DNA of 64,000 nt from Candidatus Methylomirabilota bacterium. Lineage in GTDB: Bacteria > Methylomirabilota > Methylomirabilia > Rokubacteriales > CSP1-6. The position numbers were made by a program, and so were the translations under genes. The stretch spans positions 37,283 through 101,282 of the forward strand of contig DASYUQ010000033.1 in NCBI GenBank assembly GCA_036001065.1. Reading direction: 5' to 3'. Shown one piece after another: positions 23,043 to 33,974 of this stretch. A model generated the notes under the pieces. The model saw nothing but the letters and a program-made list of their open reading frames with translations, searched no databases and was not told the DNA's origin. The first letter of the stretch is position 1. Every line of letters begins with the position of its first letter.

Positions 23043-23810
23043 GTGCTCCTGGTCGCCGACGTCGGCAACACCAACACCACGATCGGCGTCTTCGACGGCG
23101 CCCGCCTGCGCGTGTCGTGGCGGCTCACCAGCCGCCGCGAGCAGACTGCGGACGAGTACGGCGTCTTCATCGAGACGCTGCTGCGCACGCGGGGCATCCA
23201 GCCCCAGGACGTCACCGGCATCGCCATCTCGAACGTCGTGCCCCCGGTGCAGCAGATACTCGAGTGGATGTGTGAGAAGTACTTCGGGCGCGCCGCATTC
23301 TTCGTGGAGCCTGGCGTCAACACGGGCCTGGTGCTGGCGGTGGAGAATCCCCGCGAGGTCGGTCCGGACCGGATCCTCGGCGCCGTGGCGGGCGAGGCGC
23401 TCTACGGGGTGCCGCTGATCGTCGTCGATTTCGGGACGGCGACCACCTTCAACTGCGTCAACGCCCGCCGCGAATTCATCGGCGGCGCCATCGCGCCGGG
23501 GCTGGGGGTCTCGGTGGAGGCGCTGATCAGCCGCGCGGCGCGGCTCTTTCGTGTCGAGCTGGTGCAGCCGCCCCAGGCGATCGGCCGCGACACGATTACC
23601 AACATCCAGTCGGGGGTCGTCTACGGCTGGGCGGGCCTCGTGGACGGGATCGTCGAGCGGATGAAGCACGAGATGGGCGGCGCCCCCGCGGTGGTGGCCA
23701 CCGGAGGTCTGGTCTCGCTGATCGCCGGCGTGACGCGCTCGATCCAGCACGTCAACCCCGACCTGAAGCTGGAGGGGCTCCGGCTCCTGTACGAGCGGGC
23801 CGGCCGCTGA
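23043..23810 (+). CDS. coaX: Type III pantothenate kinase
   Basis: LLVADVGNTNTTIGVF N-terminal and DFGTATTF motifs. GTG start 3 nt after repeat E2. Confidence 0.88.
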   Translation: MLLVADVGNTNTTIGVFDGARLRVSWRLTSRREQTADEYGVFIETLLRTRGIQPQDVTGIAISNVVPPVQQILEWMCEKYFGRAAFFVEPGVNTGLVLAVENPREVGPDRILGAVAGEALYGVPLIVVDFGTATTFNCVNARREFIGGAIAPGLGVSVEALISRAARLFRVELVQPPQAIGRDTITNIQSGVVYGWAGLVDGIVERMKHEMGGAPAVVATGGLVSLIAGVTRSIQHVNPDLKLEGLRLLYERAGR

Positions 23811-23822
23811 GGGGCGCGCGCG

Positions 23823-23868
23823 TTGACACACCGGGGCGGGGCGGCTATACTACACTAAATCTAGTGTA
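23823..23868 (+). promoter_or_regulatory. Near-consensus sigma-70 promoter (TTGACA-17-TATACT) with an overlapping 18-bp palindrome TACACTAAATCTAGTGTA (putative operator)
   Basis: -35 element at 23823-28, -10 element at 23846-51, palindrome at 23851-68. A GGAGAAGGGG RBS precedes the ATG at 23939. Confidence 0.55.
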
Positions 23869-23938
23869 GGGATGAGCGGCGATCCCTATATACAGGGGCG
23901 CTGCGACGACTTCTAACCCGCGGAGAAGGGGGGCTCTG

Positions 23939-25099
23939 ATGGGGATGTGGGTCGGCCGAGGCCGTAAGGCGAGGGTGGCGTACGGGTTCGATGATATCGC
24001 GCTCGTCCCCGGGACCGTCACCGTCAATCCGAACGAGGTCGACATCTCCTGGGAGCTCTGTGGGCGCCGGTTCGACCTGCCCATCATCGCGGCAGCCATG
24101 GATGGCGTGGTGGGACCGCGCCTGGCGGTCGAGATGGGCCGCCTGGGCGGTCTGGCCGTGCTCAACCTGGAGGGCATCTTCGCCCGCTACGAGAATCCCG
24201 ACGAAGTGCTGGAACGGATCGTCTCGGCCAGCCAGGAGGAAGCCACCAAGATCATTCAGTCGATCTATGGCGAGCCGATCAAGGAGGAGCTGATCCACCG
24301 GCGGATCCAGGAGATCAAAAAGGGTGGTGGACCCGCGGTCGTCTCCTCCATTCCCCAGCGCGCGGAGCGCTTCGCGCAGATCGCGCAAGAGGCGGGGGCC
24401 GACGTCTTCGTGGTGCAGTCCACCGTGACCACGGCGCGCCACATCGCCACCGAGTACGCGCCGGTCGATTTCCGTCGTCTCAAGAAGCAGCTCGCCATTC
24501 CCCTGATCATCGGCAACGTCGTCACGTACGAAGCGTGTCTCGAGCTGATGGACTGCGGCGCCGACGCGCTGTTGATCGGCGTGGGGCCGGGCGCGGCCTG
24601 CACCAGCCGTGAGGTGCTGGGGCTGGGGGTGCCCCAGGTGACGGCCACAGCCGACTCGGCGGCCGCCCGCGACTTCTACTACAAGCAGACGGGGCGCTAT
24701 GTGCCCATCGTCACCGACGGCGGTATGACGACGGGCGGCGACGTCTGCAAGGCCCTGGCCTCGGGCGCCGACGCCGTCATGATCGGCTCGGCCTTCGCCC
24801 GCGCCATCGAGGCCCCGGGGCGTGGCTACCACTGGGGCATGGCCACGCCGCACCAGAACCTGCCGCGCGGCACGCGCATCCGCGTCGGCATCGCCGGGCC
24901 GCTGGAGCAGATTCTCTTCGGCCCGGCGTTCACAGAGGACGGCACGCTGAACCTCGTCGGCGCCATCCGCACGTGCATGGGCTCGGTGGGGGCGCGCAAC
25001 ATCCGCGAACTCCAGCTGACGGAGCTGATCATCGCCCCGGCGATCAAGACCGAGGGCAAGGTCTTCCAGCAGGCTCAGAAGCTCGGGCGCCCCCGGTAG
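23939..25099 (+). CDS. IMP dehydrogenase family protein lacking the CBS pair (GuaB3-like)
   Basis: Contiguous TIM-barrel IMPDH/GMPR-fold blocks ([54 protein letters not shown]) with no CBS insertion. 386 aa. Located immediately upstream of guaA. Confidence 0.75.
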   Translation: MGMWVGRGRKARVAYGFDDIALVPGTVTVNPNEVDISWELCGRRFDLPIIAAAMDGVVGPRLAVEMGRLGGLAVLNLEGIFARYENPDEVLERIVSASQEEATKIIQSIYGEPIKEELIHRRIQEIKKGGGPAVVSSIPQRAERFAQIAQEAGADVFVVQSTVTTARHIATEYAPVDFRRLKKQLAIPLIIGNVVTYEACLELMDCGADALLIGVGPGAACTSREVLGLGVPQVTATADSAAARDFYYKQTGRYVPIVTDGGMTTGGDVCKALASGADAVMIGSAFARAIEAPGRGYHWGMATPHQNLPRGTRIRVGIAGPLEQILFGPAFTEDGTLNLVGAIRTCMGSVGARNIRELQLTELIIAPAIKTEGKVFQQAQKLGRPR

Positions 25100-25118
25100 C
25101 CCGGCCGCGGATCGGTCT

Positions 25119-26669
25119 GTGGACGCGGCCGACAAGATCGCAGTCCTCGATTTCGGAGGGCAGTACACCCAGCTCATCGCCCGCCGGATCCGGGAAATGT
25201 CCGTCTATTCCGAGATCTTCCCCTGCACCCATCCTCTCGACGCGCTGCTCGCCGACGCCTACCGGGGGATCATCCTCTCCGGTGGGCCCTCGAGCGTGTA
25301 CGAGGAGGGCGCACCCCTGCCGCCGAAGGCGCTCTTCGAGACGGGGGTGCCGATCCTCGGCATCTGCTACGGCATGCAGGCGATGGGCTACCTCCTGGGC
25401 GGCCACGTCGCACCCGCCCAGCGGCGCGAGTACGGGGCTGCCGAAGTGACGCTCCACGGCTCCAGCCGGCTGTTCGAGGGGATCGAGCCCGAGCACGAGG
25501 GACGGCTCAGCGTCTGGATGAGCCACGGAGACACCGTACTGCGACCTCCCAAGGGATTCGAGATGCTCGGCTCGACGCCGAACTGCCCCGTCGCCGCCAT
25601 GGCCGATGAGCATCGCCGGCTCTACGCAGTGCAGTTCCATCCGGAGGTGGCCCACACCCCCCAGGGGCGGAAGGTCCTTGAGAACTTTCTCGAGGTGTGC
25701 AAGGTCAAGCGCTCGTGGTCCATGGCTTCCTTCATCGACACGACGGTCCGGTCGATCCACGACCAGGTGGGGCGCGACCGCGTGCTGTGCGCCCTGTCCG
25801 GGGGCGTGGACTCCGCCGTCGCCGCGGTCCTGGTCCATCGCGCCGTCGGCGATCAGCTCACGTGCATGTTCGTGGACAACGGCCTGCTCCGGAAAGGGGA
25901 GCCGGAGTCCGTCGTCCACACCTTCCGTGACGCCTTCAAGATGAACCTCGTTCACGTCGACGCCTCCCGGCGCTTCCTCGACGCGCTGCGCGGCGTCACG
26001 GATCCCGAGCTGAAACGTAAGCGCATCGGGGCGGAGTTCATCGGGGTCTTCGAGGACGAGGCCCGGCGGCTCGGGGAGATCCCCTGGCTGGCCCAGGGCA
26101 CGCTTTATCCCGACGTGATCGAGTCGGTGTCCTTCAAGGGGCCGTCGGCCACGATCAAGACGCACCATAATGTAGGCGGGCTGCCGACGAAGATGACCTT
26201 CAAGCTGCTCGAACCTCTTCGAGAGCTGTTCAAAGACGAAGTTCGACGGGTCGGTGAGCTTCTGGGTCTTCCATCCGAGATCGTCTGGCGCCAGCCGTTC
26301 CCCGGTCCGGGCCTCGCCATCCGGGTGCTCGGCGAGGTGACGCCCGAGCGCCTCGACCGGCTGCGCGAGGCGGACGCCATCGTCCAGGACGAGGTGCGCG
26401 CGGCCGGGCTCGAACGCGAGCTGTGGCAGGCCTTCGCGGTCCTGCTGCCGGTGCGCACGGTGGGCGTCATGGGAGACTTCCGCACCTACGCGCAGGTGAT
26501 CGCGCTGCGGGCGGTGATGAGCCAGGACGCGATGACGGCCGACTGGGCGCGGCTGCCCTATGATCTCCTGGGCCGGATCTCCAGCCGGATCAGCAATGAG
26601 GTGAAGGGCATCAACCGGGTCGTCTTCGACGTCTCCTCCAAGCCGCCGAGCACGATCGAGTGGGAGTGA
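25119..26669 (+). CDS. guaA: GMP synthase (glutamine-hydrolysing)
   Basis: GATase Cys (GICYGMQ), the ATP-PPase SGGVDS motif and a C-terminal dimerisation domain. 516 aa. Confidence 0.95.
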   Translation: MDAADKIAVLDFGGQYTQLIARRIREMSVYSEIFPCTHPLDALLADAYRGIILSGGPSSVYEEGAPLPPKALFETGVPILGICYGMQAMGYLLGGHVAPAQRREYGAAEVTLHGSSRLFEGIEPEHEGRLSVWMSHGDTVLRPPKGFEMLGSTPNCPVAAMADEHRRLYAVQFHPEVAHTPQGRKVLENFLEVCKVKRSWSMASFIDTTVRSIHDQVGRDRVLCALSGGVDSAVAAVLVHRAVGDQLTCMFVDNGLLRKGEPESVVHTFRDAFKMNLVHVDASRRFLDALRGVTDPELKRKRIGAEFIGVFEDEARRLGEIPWLAQGTLYPDVIESVSFKGPSATIKTHHNVGGLPTKMTFKLLEPLRELFKDEVRRVGELLGLPSEIVWRQPFPGPGLAIRVLGEVTPERLDRLREADAIVQDEVRAAGLERELWQAFAVLLPVRTVGVMGDFRTYAQVIALRAVMSQDAMTADWARLPYDLLGRISSRISNEVKGINRVVFDVSSKPPSTIEWE

Positions 26670-26680
26670 CCCGATCTGAC

Positions 26681-29600
26681 ATGCAGCACAGCGAGTTCGT
26701 CCACCTCCACGTCCACTCCGAGTACAGTCTCCTCGACGGGGCGGCCCAGCTCGAAAGGCTCGTCCTCAGGGCGAAGGAGCTGCGCTTCCCGGCGCTCGCG
26801 CTCACCGACCACGGCAACCTCTTCGGCGCCATCGACTTCTACCTGGCCGCCCAGAAGGCTGGCATCAAGCCCATTATCGGCTGCGAGCTGTACGTGGCGC
26901 CCGGCAGCCGCAAGGAGCGCGGATCGCAGGACGGAGGCTACGAGGGCGCCAACCACCTGACCGTCCTCGTCCGGAACCTCACGGGCTACAAGAACCTCAT
27001 CAAGCTCGTGTCCCGGGCGTACCTGGAGGGCTTCTACTACAAGCCGCGCGTCGACCGGGAGCTGCTGGCCGCCCACGCCGATGGCCTGCTCGTCCTCTCC
27101 GGCTGCCTCAACTCCGAGGTATCGCGGCTCATCTCGGCGGGGGAGGCCGAGCGCGCCCAGGAGGCGGCGGGCTGGCACCGGGAGGTCTTCGGCAAGGATC
27201 ACTACTTCATGGAGGTCCAGGCTCACGGCCTGGACGAGCAGGCGAAGGTCACGGGAGAGACCCTCCGCATCGCCCGGGCCCTCGCCGCGCCCATCGTGGG
27301 CACCAACGACTCCCACTACCTCGAGGCCGGCCACGCCAAGGCCCATGAGGCGCTGCTCTGCATCCAGACCGGGACGACCCTGCTCGACGCCAAGCGCTGG
27401 CGGTTCGCGACCAACGAGTTCTATCTGAAGTCCGCCGAGGAGATGGCCGGCGTCTTCGCGGAGCTGCCCGAGGCCTGCCGGAACACCCTGGCCGTGGCCG
27501 AGCGCTGCAATCTGACGCTCGAGTTCGGAAGCTTCCACCTGCCGCGCTACGTCGTCCGCGACGGCCACACGCTCGAGAGCTACCTCGAGCACCTGGCCCG
27601 CGAGGGACTCCGCCGGCGCTACGGGTCGACGCCGGGCGACGGGGTCGAGGCCCGGCTGGGCCATGAGCTCAGCATCATCGAGAAGATGGGTTTCGCGGGG
27701 TACTTCCTGGTCGTCTGGGACTTCATCCGCTACGCGCGCGAGCAGGGGATCACCGTCGGCCCCGGGCGCGGCTCGTCGGCCGGCTCGCTCGTCGCCTACT
27801 GCCTCGGCATCACGAACATCGACCCCATTCGGTATGGCCTGCTGTTCGAGCGGTTCTTGAATCCGGAACGGATCTCGATGCCGGACATGGACATCGACTT
27901 CGCCGACGACCGCCGGGACGAAGTCATCCGCTACGTGGCGGACCGCTACGGGCGTGACCGGGTTGCCCACATCATCACGTTCGGCACGCTGGGGGCGAAG
28001 GCGGCCATCCGCGACGTGGGCCGCGTGCTGGGGATGACGTATGCGGACGTCGACCGGATCGCCAAGCTGGTGCCGGCCTTCCCCTCGAACATCACGCTGG
28101 AGGAGGCGTACCAGAAATCGCCGCCCCTGGCCGAGATGGTGCGGACCCAGGGGAACGTGCGCGAGCTGTGGGAGGTCGCCCGCACGCTCGAGGGGTGCAC
28201 GCGGCACGCCTCGGTCCACGCCTCGGCGGTGGTCATCGCCGACGACCCGCTCGACGAGTACATCCCGCTCTACAAGGACCCCAAGCGGCCCGAGCTGATC
28301 ACGGGCTACGCGATGGGGCCGATCGAGAAGCTCGGCCTCCTCAAGATGGACTTCCTGGGGTTGCGGACGCTCACCGTGCTCGCCAACACGGTGACGCTCA
28401 TCCGACAGTCGCGGGGGATCGAGATCGACCTCGACGCGCTACCGCTCGACGACCCCCGGAGCTACGCCATCCTGGGCGACGCCAAGACGTTCGGCGTCTT
28501 CCAGCTGGAGTCGGCGGGCATGCGGGACGCCCTCCGCGGCCTCCGCCCCGAGCGCTTCGAGGACATCATCGCCATCGTCTCGCTCTACCGGCCGGGGCCG
28601 ATGGATCTGATCCCCGACTTCATCAATCGCCGGCACGGCCGGGCCAAGATCACCTACGAGCACCGGGCGATGGAGACGGTCACCCGCGAGACGTACGGCA
28701 TCATGGTGTACCAGGAGCAGATCATGCAGATCGCCTCCGAGATGGCGGGCTTCACCATGGGCGAGGCGGACGCGCTCCGGCGCGCCATGGGCAAGAAGGA
28801 CCGTGATCTCATGGCCAAGCAGCGGGAGAAGTTCATCGCCGGCTGCCGCGAGCGCGGGACCGGGCAGGCCAAGGCCGAGCACGTGTGGGAGCTGATGGAG
28901 AAGTTCGCGGGGTATGGTTTCAACAAGTCGCATGCGGCGGCCTACGCGCTGGTCGCCTACCAGACGGCCTACTTCAAGGCGAACTATCCCGTGGAGTTCA
29001 TGGCGGCGCTGCTGACGTCGGAAATGGGCGACACCGACAAGATCGTGAAGTACATCGAAGAGTGCCGGGCGATGGGCATCCGGGTCGATCCGCCCGACGT
29101 CAGCGTGTCGACTGTGAGGTTCAGCGTCCGGGGCGAGGCCATCCGCTTCGGGCTGGCCGCGATCAAGAACGTGGGCGAAGCGGCGATGGAATCGATTCTG
29201 GCCACCCGCGACGAGGCCGGCCCCTTCAAGAGCCTCGAGGACTTCTGCGCGCGGGTCGATCTCCGGCTGGTGAACCGCCGTGTGCTGGACAGCCTCATCA
29301 AGGCCGGCGCCTTCGACTCCCTGGGGCTGCCGCGCGCCCACCTGATGGCCAACGCCGACACCGCGCTCGAGGCCGGCCAGCGACAGCAACGCGAGCGCGC
29401 CGAGGGCCAGGCCTCCTTCTTCGACCTGCTGCCCCCGGCGCCGGCCCAGCGGACCGCCGAGGCCGTGGCGCCCGTCCCCGAATGGGACACCGACCAGCGA
29501 TTGGCGTTCGAGAAGGAGGTGCTGGGCTTCTACGTCTCCGGGCACCCGCTGGCCCGCTACCAGCCGCTGGTGGAATCGCTCGGCATCACGCGCTCGCGAG

Positions 29601-30154
29601 AGCTGGTCGCCAAGAGCCCCGGCAGCCGCGTGCTCCTCTTCGGCCAGGTGGTCGGCCTCAAGGAGACGTCGACCAAGAGCGGCAATCGCATGGCGTTTCT
29701 CACGCTGGAGGACATTGACGGCACGGTCGAGGTGACCATCTTCCCCGAACCGTTCAAGGCCGCGGCGGAGTCGCTCCACGCCGGCGAGCCGCTGCTCATC
29801 CGGGGACGGATCGACGACAGTGACAAGGGACGCGTGGTGCTCGCCGACGACGTCCGGCCGCTCGAGCGGGCGCTGGCCAACGGACCTGCGCTGGCCGCCA
29901 CCGGAGAGCCGACCACGCTCCGGGTCCGCATCGGCGCGGTGGACGATCACAAAGCCCTGCTGGCCGCCGTCAAGCAGCTCTGCGCCGAGCACCCGGGACG
30001 TGTCCCCGTTTTCGTCCACCTCCTGTTGCCGTCCCAGGAGGTCGTCGTGAGGTCGCGCGGCCTCGCGGTTGATCCCCACCCCGAGCTGCTCGCCAAGCTG
30101 GGCGCGCTGCTCGGGCCCACCGCCGCCACCGTCGAGCATGCCGGAAGCGCTTGA
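26681..30154 (+). CDS. dnaE: DNA polymerase III alpha subunit
   Basis: PHP domain ([14 protein letters not shown]), polymerase core and OB fold. About 1157 aa. An alternative start lies at 26660. Confidence 0.93.
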   Translation: MQHSEFVHLHVHSEYSLLDGAAQLERLVLRAKELRFPALALTDHGNLFGAIDFYLAAQKAGIKPIIGCELYVAPGSRKERGSQDGGYEGANHLTVLVRNLTGYKNLIKLVSRAYLEGFYYKPRVDRELLAAHADGLLVLSGCLNSEVSRLISAGEAERAQEAAGWHREVFGKDHYFMEVQAHGLDEQAKVTGETLRIARALAAPIVGTNDSHYLEAGHAKAHEALLCIQTGTTLLDAKRWRFATNEFYLKSAEEMAGVFAELPEACRNTLAVAERCNLTLEFGSFHLPRYVVRDGHTLESYLEHLAREGLRRRYGSTPGDGVEARLGHELSIIEKMGFAGYFLVVWDFIRYAREQGITVGPGRGSSAGSLVAYCLGITNIDPIRYGLLFERFLNPERISMPDMDIDFADDRRDEVIRYVADRYGRDRVAHIITFGTLGAKAAIRDVGRVLGMTYADVDRIAKLVPAFPSNITLEEAYQKSPPLAEMVRTQGNVRELWEVARTLEGCTRHASVHASAVVIADDPLDEYIPLYKDPKRPELITGYAMGPIEKLGLLKMDFLGLRTLTVLANTVTLIRQSRGIEIDLDALPLDDPRSYAILGDAKTFGVFQLESAGMRDALRGLRPERFEDIIAIVSLYRPGPMDLIPDFINRRHGRAKITYEHRAMETVTRETYGIMVYQEQIMQIASEMAGFTMGEADALRRAMGKKDRDLMAKQREKFIAGCRERGTGQAKAEHVWELMEKFAGYGFNKSHAAAYALVAYQTAYFKANYPVEFMAALLTSEMGDTDKIVKYIEECRAMGIRVDPPDVSVSTVRFSVRGEAIRFGLAAIKNVGEAAMESILATRDEAGPFKSLEDFCARVDLRLVNRRVLDSLIKAGAFDSLGLPRAHLMANADTALEAGQRQQRERAEGQASFFDLLPPAPAQRTAEAVAPVPEWDTDQRLAFEKEVLGFYVSGHPLARYQPLVESLGITRSRELVAKSPGSRVLLFGQVVGLKETSTKSGNRMAFLTLEDIDGTVEVTIFPEPFKAAAESLHAGEPLLIRGRIDDSDKGRVVLADDVRPLERALANGPALAATGEPTTLRVRIGAVDDHKALLAAVKQLCAEHPGRVPVFVHLLLPSQEVVVRSRGLAVDPHPELLAKLGALLGPTAATVEHAGSA

Positions 30155-31097
30155 GTTCGAGCAGCCGCTGCTGGAGCTGGAGGCCCGCATCGCGGAGCTC
30201 CAGGCTCAGGACGATCCCGCCCAGCGCGAGGAGATCGCCAAGCTCGAGGAGCGGCTCCAGCGCCTCCGGCAGAAGACCTTCGCCAGCCTCACGGCCTGGC
30301 AGACGACGCAGCTGGCGCGCTACCCGCGGCGCCCCCACACCCGCGACTTCTGCCGACTGCTCCTCGAGGACTTCATCGAGCTCCATGGCGACCGGCTCTA
30401 TGGCGACGACCCGGCGATCGTCGGAGGGCTCGCGCGCTTCGACGGCTACGGGGTCGTGGTGATCGGTCACCAGAAGGGGCGGGAGACGCGGGAGAAGATC
30501 GCGCGCAATTTCGGGATGCCCCACCCGGAAGGCTACCGCAAGGCGCGCCGACTCATGCAGCTCGCCGAAAAGTTCGGCAAGCCGGTCATCAGCTTCATCG
30601 ATACGCCCGGCGCCTACCCCGGCATTGGCGCCGAGGAGCGCGGCCAGGCCGAGGCGATTGCCCGGAATCTCCGCGAGATGGCCGCGCTCCGCACCCCCAT
30701 CGTCGCCGTCGTCACCGGCGAGGGGGGCAGTGGCGGCGCGCTGGCCATCAGCATGGGCAATCGCGTGCTCATGCTCGAGCACGCGGTCTACTCCGTCATC
30801 TCACCGGAGGGCTGCGCGGCCATCCTCTGGGGCGACGCGGCCAAGGCGTCGGAGGCCGCGGAGATCATGAAGATCACCGCGCGCGACCTCTTCCGGCTCG
30901 GCGTGATCGATGCCATCGTGCCCGAGCCGCCGGGGGGCGCCCATCGGGACTGGGAGGGGGCGGCGGCCAATCTACGGGCCGTGCTGACGGAGCACCTCCG
31001 GGAGCTGCGGGCCAAGAGCCCCGAGACGCTGGTCAGCGAGCGGTACGAGAAGTTCCGGCGCATCGGGACCTTCGAGGAGGAATCCCTCCCGCGCTAA
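30138..31097 (+). CDS. accA: Acetyl-CoA carboxylase carboxyltransferase alpha subunit
   Basis: The start overlaps the dnaE stop. [26 protein letters not shown] motif. Confidence 0.92.
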   Translation: MPEALEFEQPLLELEARIAELQAQDDPAQREEIAKLEERLQRLRQKTFASLTAWQTTQLARYPRRPHTRDFCRLLLEDFIELHGDRLYGDDPAIVGGLARFDGYGVVVIGHQKGRETREKIARNFGMPHPEGYRKARRLMQLAEKFGKPVISFIDTPGAYPGIGAEERGQAEAIARNLREMAALRTPIVAVVTGEGGSGGALAISMGNRVLMLEHAVYSVISPEGCAAILWGDAAKASEAAEIMKITARDLFRLGVIDAIVPEPPGGAHRDWEGAAANLRAVLTEHLRELRAKSPETLVSERYEKFRRIGTFEEESLPR

Positions 31098-31252
31098 GCG
31101 GGCCGGCGGCGCGCCGGGCAGGGTCCGCCGACCCGTTCGCGCCGCCTAGGACTTCGCGCCAGACGGTGTATGGGAACGGCACAGCGGGGTGCCTGGCGCC
31201 AGAGCTCGTGGTCGCCGGATCCTGCCCGGCGCGCCGTCGGCCCGCTTAGCGC
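31091..31252. repeat. 32-bp inverted repeat (31/32 match) flanking a 98-bp spacer
   Basis: Left arm GCGCTAAGCGGGCCGGCGGCGCGCCGGGCAGG (31091-31122). The right arm (31221-31252) is its reverse complement with one mismatch. The arms embed the TAA stops of accA and sorC. Confidence 0.7.
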
Positions 31253-32236
31253 TTGAGGACCGCTTGGGCGACATCCTCGTCGGTCACCAAGACGTTCATG
31301 AACCGGCCCCGCAGCGCGCCGCGCACCGCCTCGATCTTCGACTTGCCGCCGGCCACGGCGATGACATAGCGGTCGTCACGGCGCGACAGCTCCTGCAGGC
31401 GCTCGCCCCCCACCGACAGGACCCGCCGCATCAGCGCCCGCAGTTCGGGCTCGTCGACGATCCGGCCCTCGGCGTCGAAGGGCTGGTAGTTGATCTCGCC
31501 CACGATCCCGAACTCCCGCAGCCGCTTGACGCTCACGCCGTAGGACTCGGCCAGGGAGCAGAAGCCCGGCGTCTGCTCGCCGATCTGGCCGACGCCGACC
31601 AGCGCGATGTCCACCGCCTGGGCCGCCTCGTAGATCTGCCGGACCTCGGGGTCGCGCAAGAGCCGTCGCCGCTCGCGCTCGATCTGCCGGAGGGAGACCA
31701 GGTGCTGCACCGGCAGGGCGTAGGCCGTCACGGGGGGACGGTACTTGGCCGCCATCATGCCCACCAGCGTGTTGGGCGACAGGTCCACCAGCTTCAGCGT
31801 GCTTTCTCCGGAGAGGGGATAGAGCGCCAGGTCGCGGACCCGGCGCTCCCGCAGGGCCCGGATGGTGTGATAGAGCGTGAAACCACAGGAGAGGCCCACC
31901 CGCATGCCGTTGGCGGCGACCTTCTCGAAGTAGGCCGCGGCGGCCACCCCCAGCTCTTCCTTCACGTCGCTGCGGCCGCCGGCGGCGATGACCACCACGT
32001 CGCGCAGGCCGAAGCGCTCGGTCAGGGCCGTCTCCAGCTCCTGGGTGCGGGGGAGATCCAGCTCCACGCGGACCAGGCCCTCGTCGAAGGCGCGCTTGAG
32101 CAGCCGGGAGACGGTGGCCGCCGACACGCCCAGGGCGCTGGCGATGTCCTTCTGGCTGCGCCCCTGGCGGTAGTAGAGCTCCAGGCACTGCACCATCTGC
32201 TTCAGCTCGCCGGGGCGGTGAGAAATTAATTTCATG
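31246..32236 (-). CDS. SorC/DeoR (CggR-like) family transcriptional regulator with a sugar-phosphate-binding domain
   Basis: N-terminal HTH (DIASALGVSAATVSRLL) plus a SorC sugar-binding domain. Divergent from the FBP aldolase/phosphatase gene. Confidence 0.8.
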
Positions 32237-32340
32237 GTCGTAAAGATCTTGCTTGACGGGGCCCAGTGTACCCCGCTATCCTCCGAACCGTCACGAGTTT
32301 GTTCAGCCCCCACACGCCCGACAGCAGAAGGAGGACTCGC

Positions 32341-33855
32341 ATGGCGGCCAAGCGATACGGCCCGGCCGACGGCAAGCTGCAACCCAAGATGGCCGACTAC
32401 CACCAGTCCAAGGACGAGCTGGCTGGCCTTCCCCAGACCGTGGCCGAAAAGATCCCCGTCACCAACTCGCCGAACATCTTCTCGTACAAGGCCTACGTCT
32501 TCGCCAAGAACCCGGCGCTCGTCCAGCGCTACATCAAGGCGACCAAGGCCGACGTGGGGGGCGTCGGTGGTCACGTCGTGGCCGCCGAGGAAGTGAAGTC
32601 GATCGTGGCCAAGTTCGTCCTCGACAACAACGCCTACCGGGGGCAGCCGATCTTCACGTCGCTGATCGTCACGCACACCGGCGACGACGTCGCCGTCACC
32701 GGGATCATGGCGGAGACGGTGGACATGAGCGTGGTCGACGAGCTGATGTGGGACGCCCTCCAGGAGGGCGCCCACAAGGCGGCCGAGCTGGGGCTCTACG
32801 GGCCGGGCCAGGACCTGGTCGCCGATGCGTTCACGGGAAATCTGCGCGGCGCGGGCCCGGCGACGGTGGCGTTGCCGATGCCGGTGCGCAAGGACAACGC
32901 CTCGCAGACGGTGCTCGTCTCCTTCGCCGACAAGACGGAGCCGATGGCATTCAACTACTACGCCACCGGCGCCTACCTGCTGCCCCGTTTCAACACCGGC
33001 CTCGTCATCGCCTCGTCGAAGATGAAGCGCGGCTATATCCTGGACATCGTCGACCTCGACACCAAGGCCCAAGCCATCGAGGCGGGCGCGCATCCGCGCG
33101 ACCAGCGCGCGCTGGACGGCAAGATGGAGGAGCTGGCCAAGGGACTTCAAGAGAAAGTAGTGAGGCTGCGCGCGCCCGAGGACCTCTACGACATCGAAGG
33201 CCTCTGCCGGTCGTCGCGCTTCGTGGTGGCGCGGATCTGGAGCCGCAACGACAAGGGCGAGGCGGACCAGCTCGGCTACATTTGCTCGGCCGAGCGGCTG
33301 CACAACATCAAGACCAAGAAGGGCTTCACCTACGGCGGCAAGGACGATCCGGTGCTGCTGGCCTTCGCCCAGGGTGACTGGCCGGCGCCCGGCGAGATCA
33401 CCTCCCCGTGGGCTGCCTGCCCGATGGTGGCCGGGGACTGCCGGGGCAGCCACTACCTGCACATCCTGCCGATGCCGATCAACTCCCAGACGTCTTTCTG
33501 GTCGGGGCCCATCATCTCGGCGGTCACGCTGTCCTGCAACATCCACACCGGCCGCATCGGCGCCATCTCCGACCAGTTCGCCCTGGGGACGCCCTGGGAC
33601 GAGGTGCGGCGGCGCGCCTCCGAGCTGGCGATCCAATTCCGCCTGGCGCACGGGATCAAGCAGCCGGCCACGCTGCCCGAGGACGAGCTGGAGTACCAGG
33701 AGGGCTGGAAGGAGCGGCGGGCCCGCCTGGAGCGGCAGTTCGAAGTGAAACCGCCTCTCACGTTCGGCACCAACGGCAACGGAGCCGCGGGCGGTGAGGG
33801 GGCGGGCGCGCGTGGCGCCGTCGGCCGCCGGGGCCGTCCCCAGGAGATCGATTAG
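32341..33855 (+). CDS. fbp: Fructose-1,6-bisphosphate aldolase/phosphatase (class V FBPase, archaeal type) with N-terminal extension and Gly/Ala-rich C-terminal tail
   Basis: Blocks recalled from memory for this family are present (THTGDD, GLYGPGQDL..FTGNLRGAGP, FADKTEP, GKDDPVLL, RGSHYLHILPMP). AGGAGG RBS 7 nt upstream of the ATG at 32341. Confidence 0.7.
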   Translation: MAAKRYGPADGKLQPKMADYHQSKDELAGLPQTVAEKIPVTNSPNIFSYKAYVFAKNPALVQRYIKATKADVGGVGGHVVAAEEVKSIVAKFVLDNNAYRGQPIFTSLIVTHTGDDVAVTGIMAETVDMSVVDELMWDALQEGAHKAAELGLYGPGQDLVADAFTGNLRGAGPATVALPMPVRKDNASQTVLVSFADKTEPMAFNYYATGAYLLPRFNTGLVIASSKMKRGYILDIVDLDTKAQAIEAGAHPRDQRALDGKMEELAKGLQEKVVRLRAPEDLYDIEGLCRSSRFVVARIWSRNDKGEADQLGYICSAERLHNIKTKKGFTYGGKDDPVLLAFAQGDWPAPGEITSPWAACPMVAGDCRGSHYLHILPMPINSQTSFWSGPIISAVTLSCNIHTGRIGAISDQFALGTPWDEVRRRASELAIQFRLAHGIKQPATLPEDELEYQEGWKERRARLERQFEVKPPLTFGTNGNGAAGGEGAGARGAVGRRGRPQEID

Positions 33856-33974
33856 CCGCTGACTGTTCGCCACCCGCCGCGGGCCGGGCGCCGTCGCGCG
33901 CTCGGCCCGCGGTCCGTTGACTTCACCCAGAGCGGGTGCTACGGTCAATTCGACGTCCAGATCTTCGGACTGCC

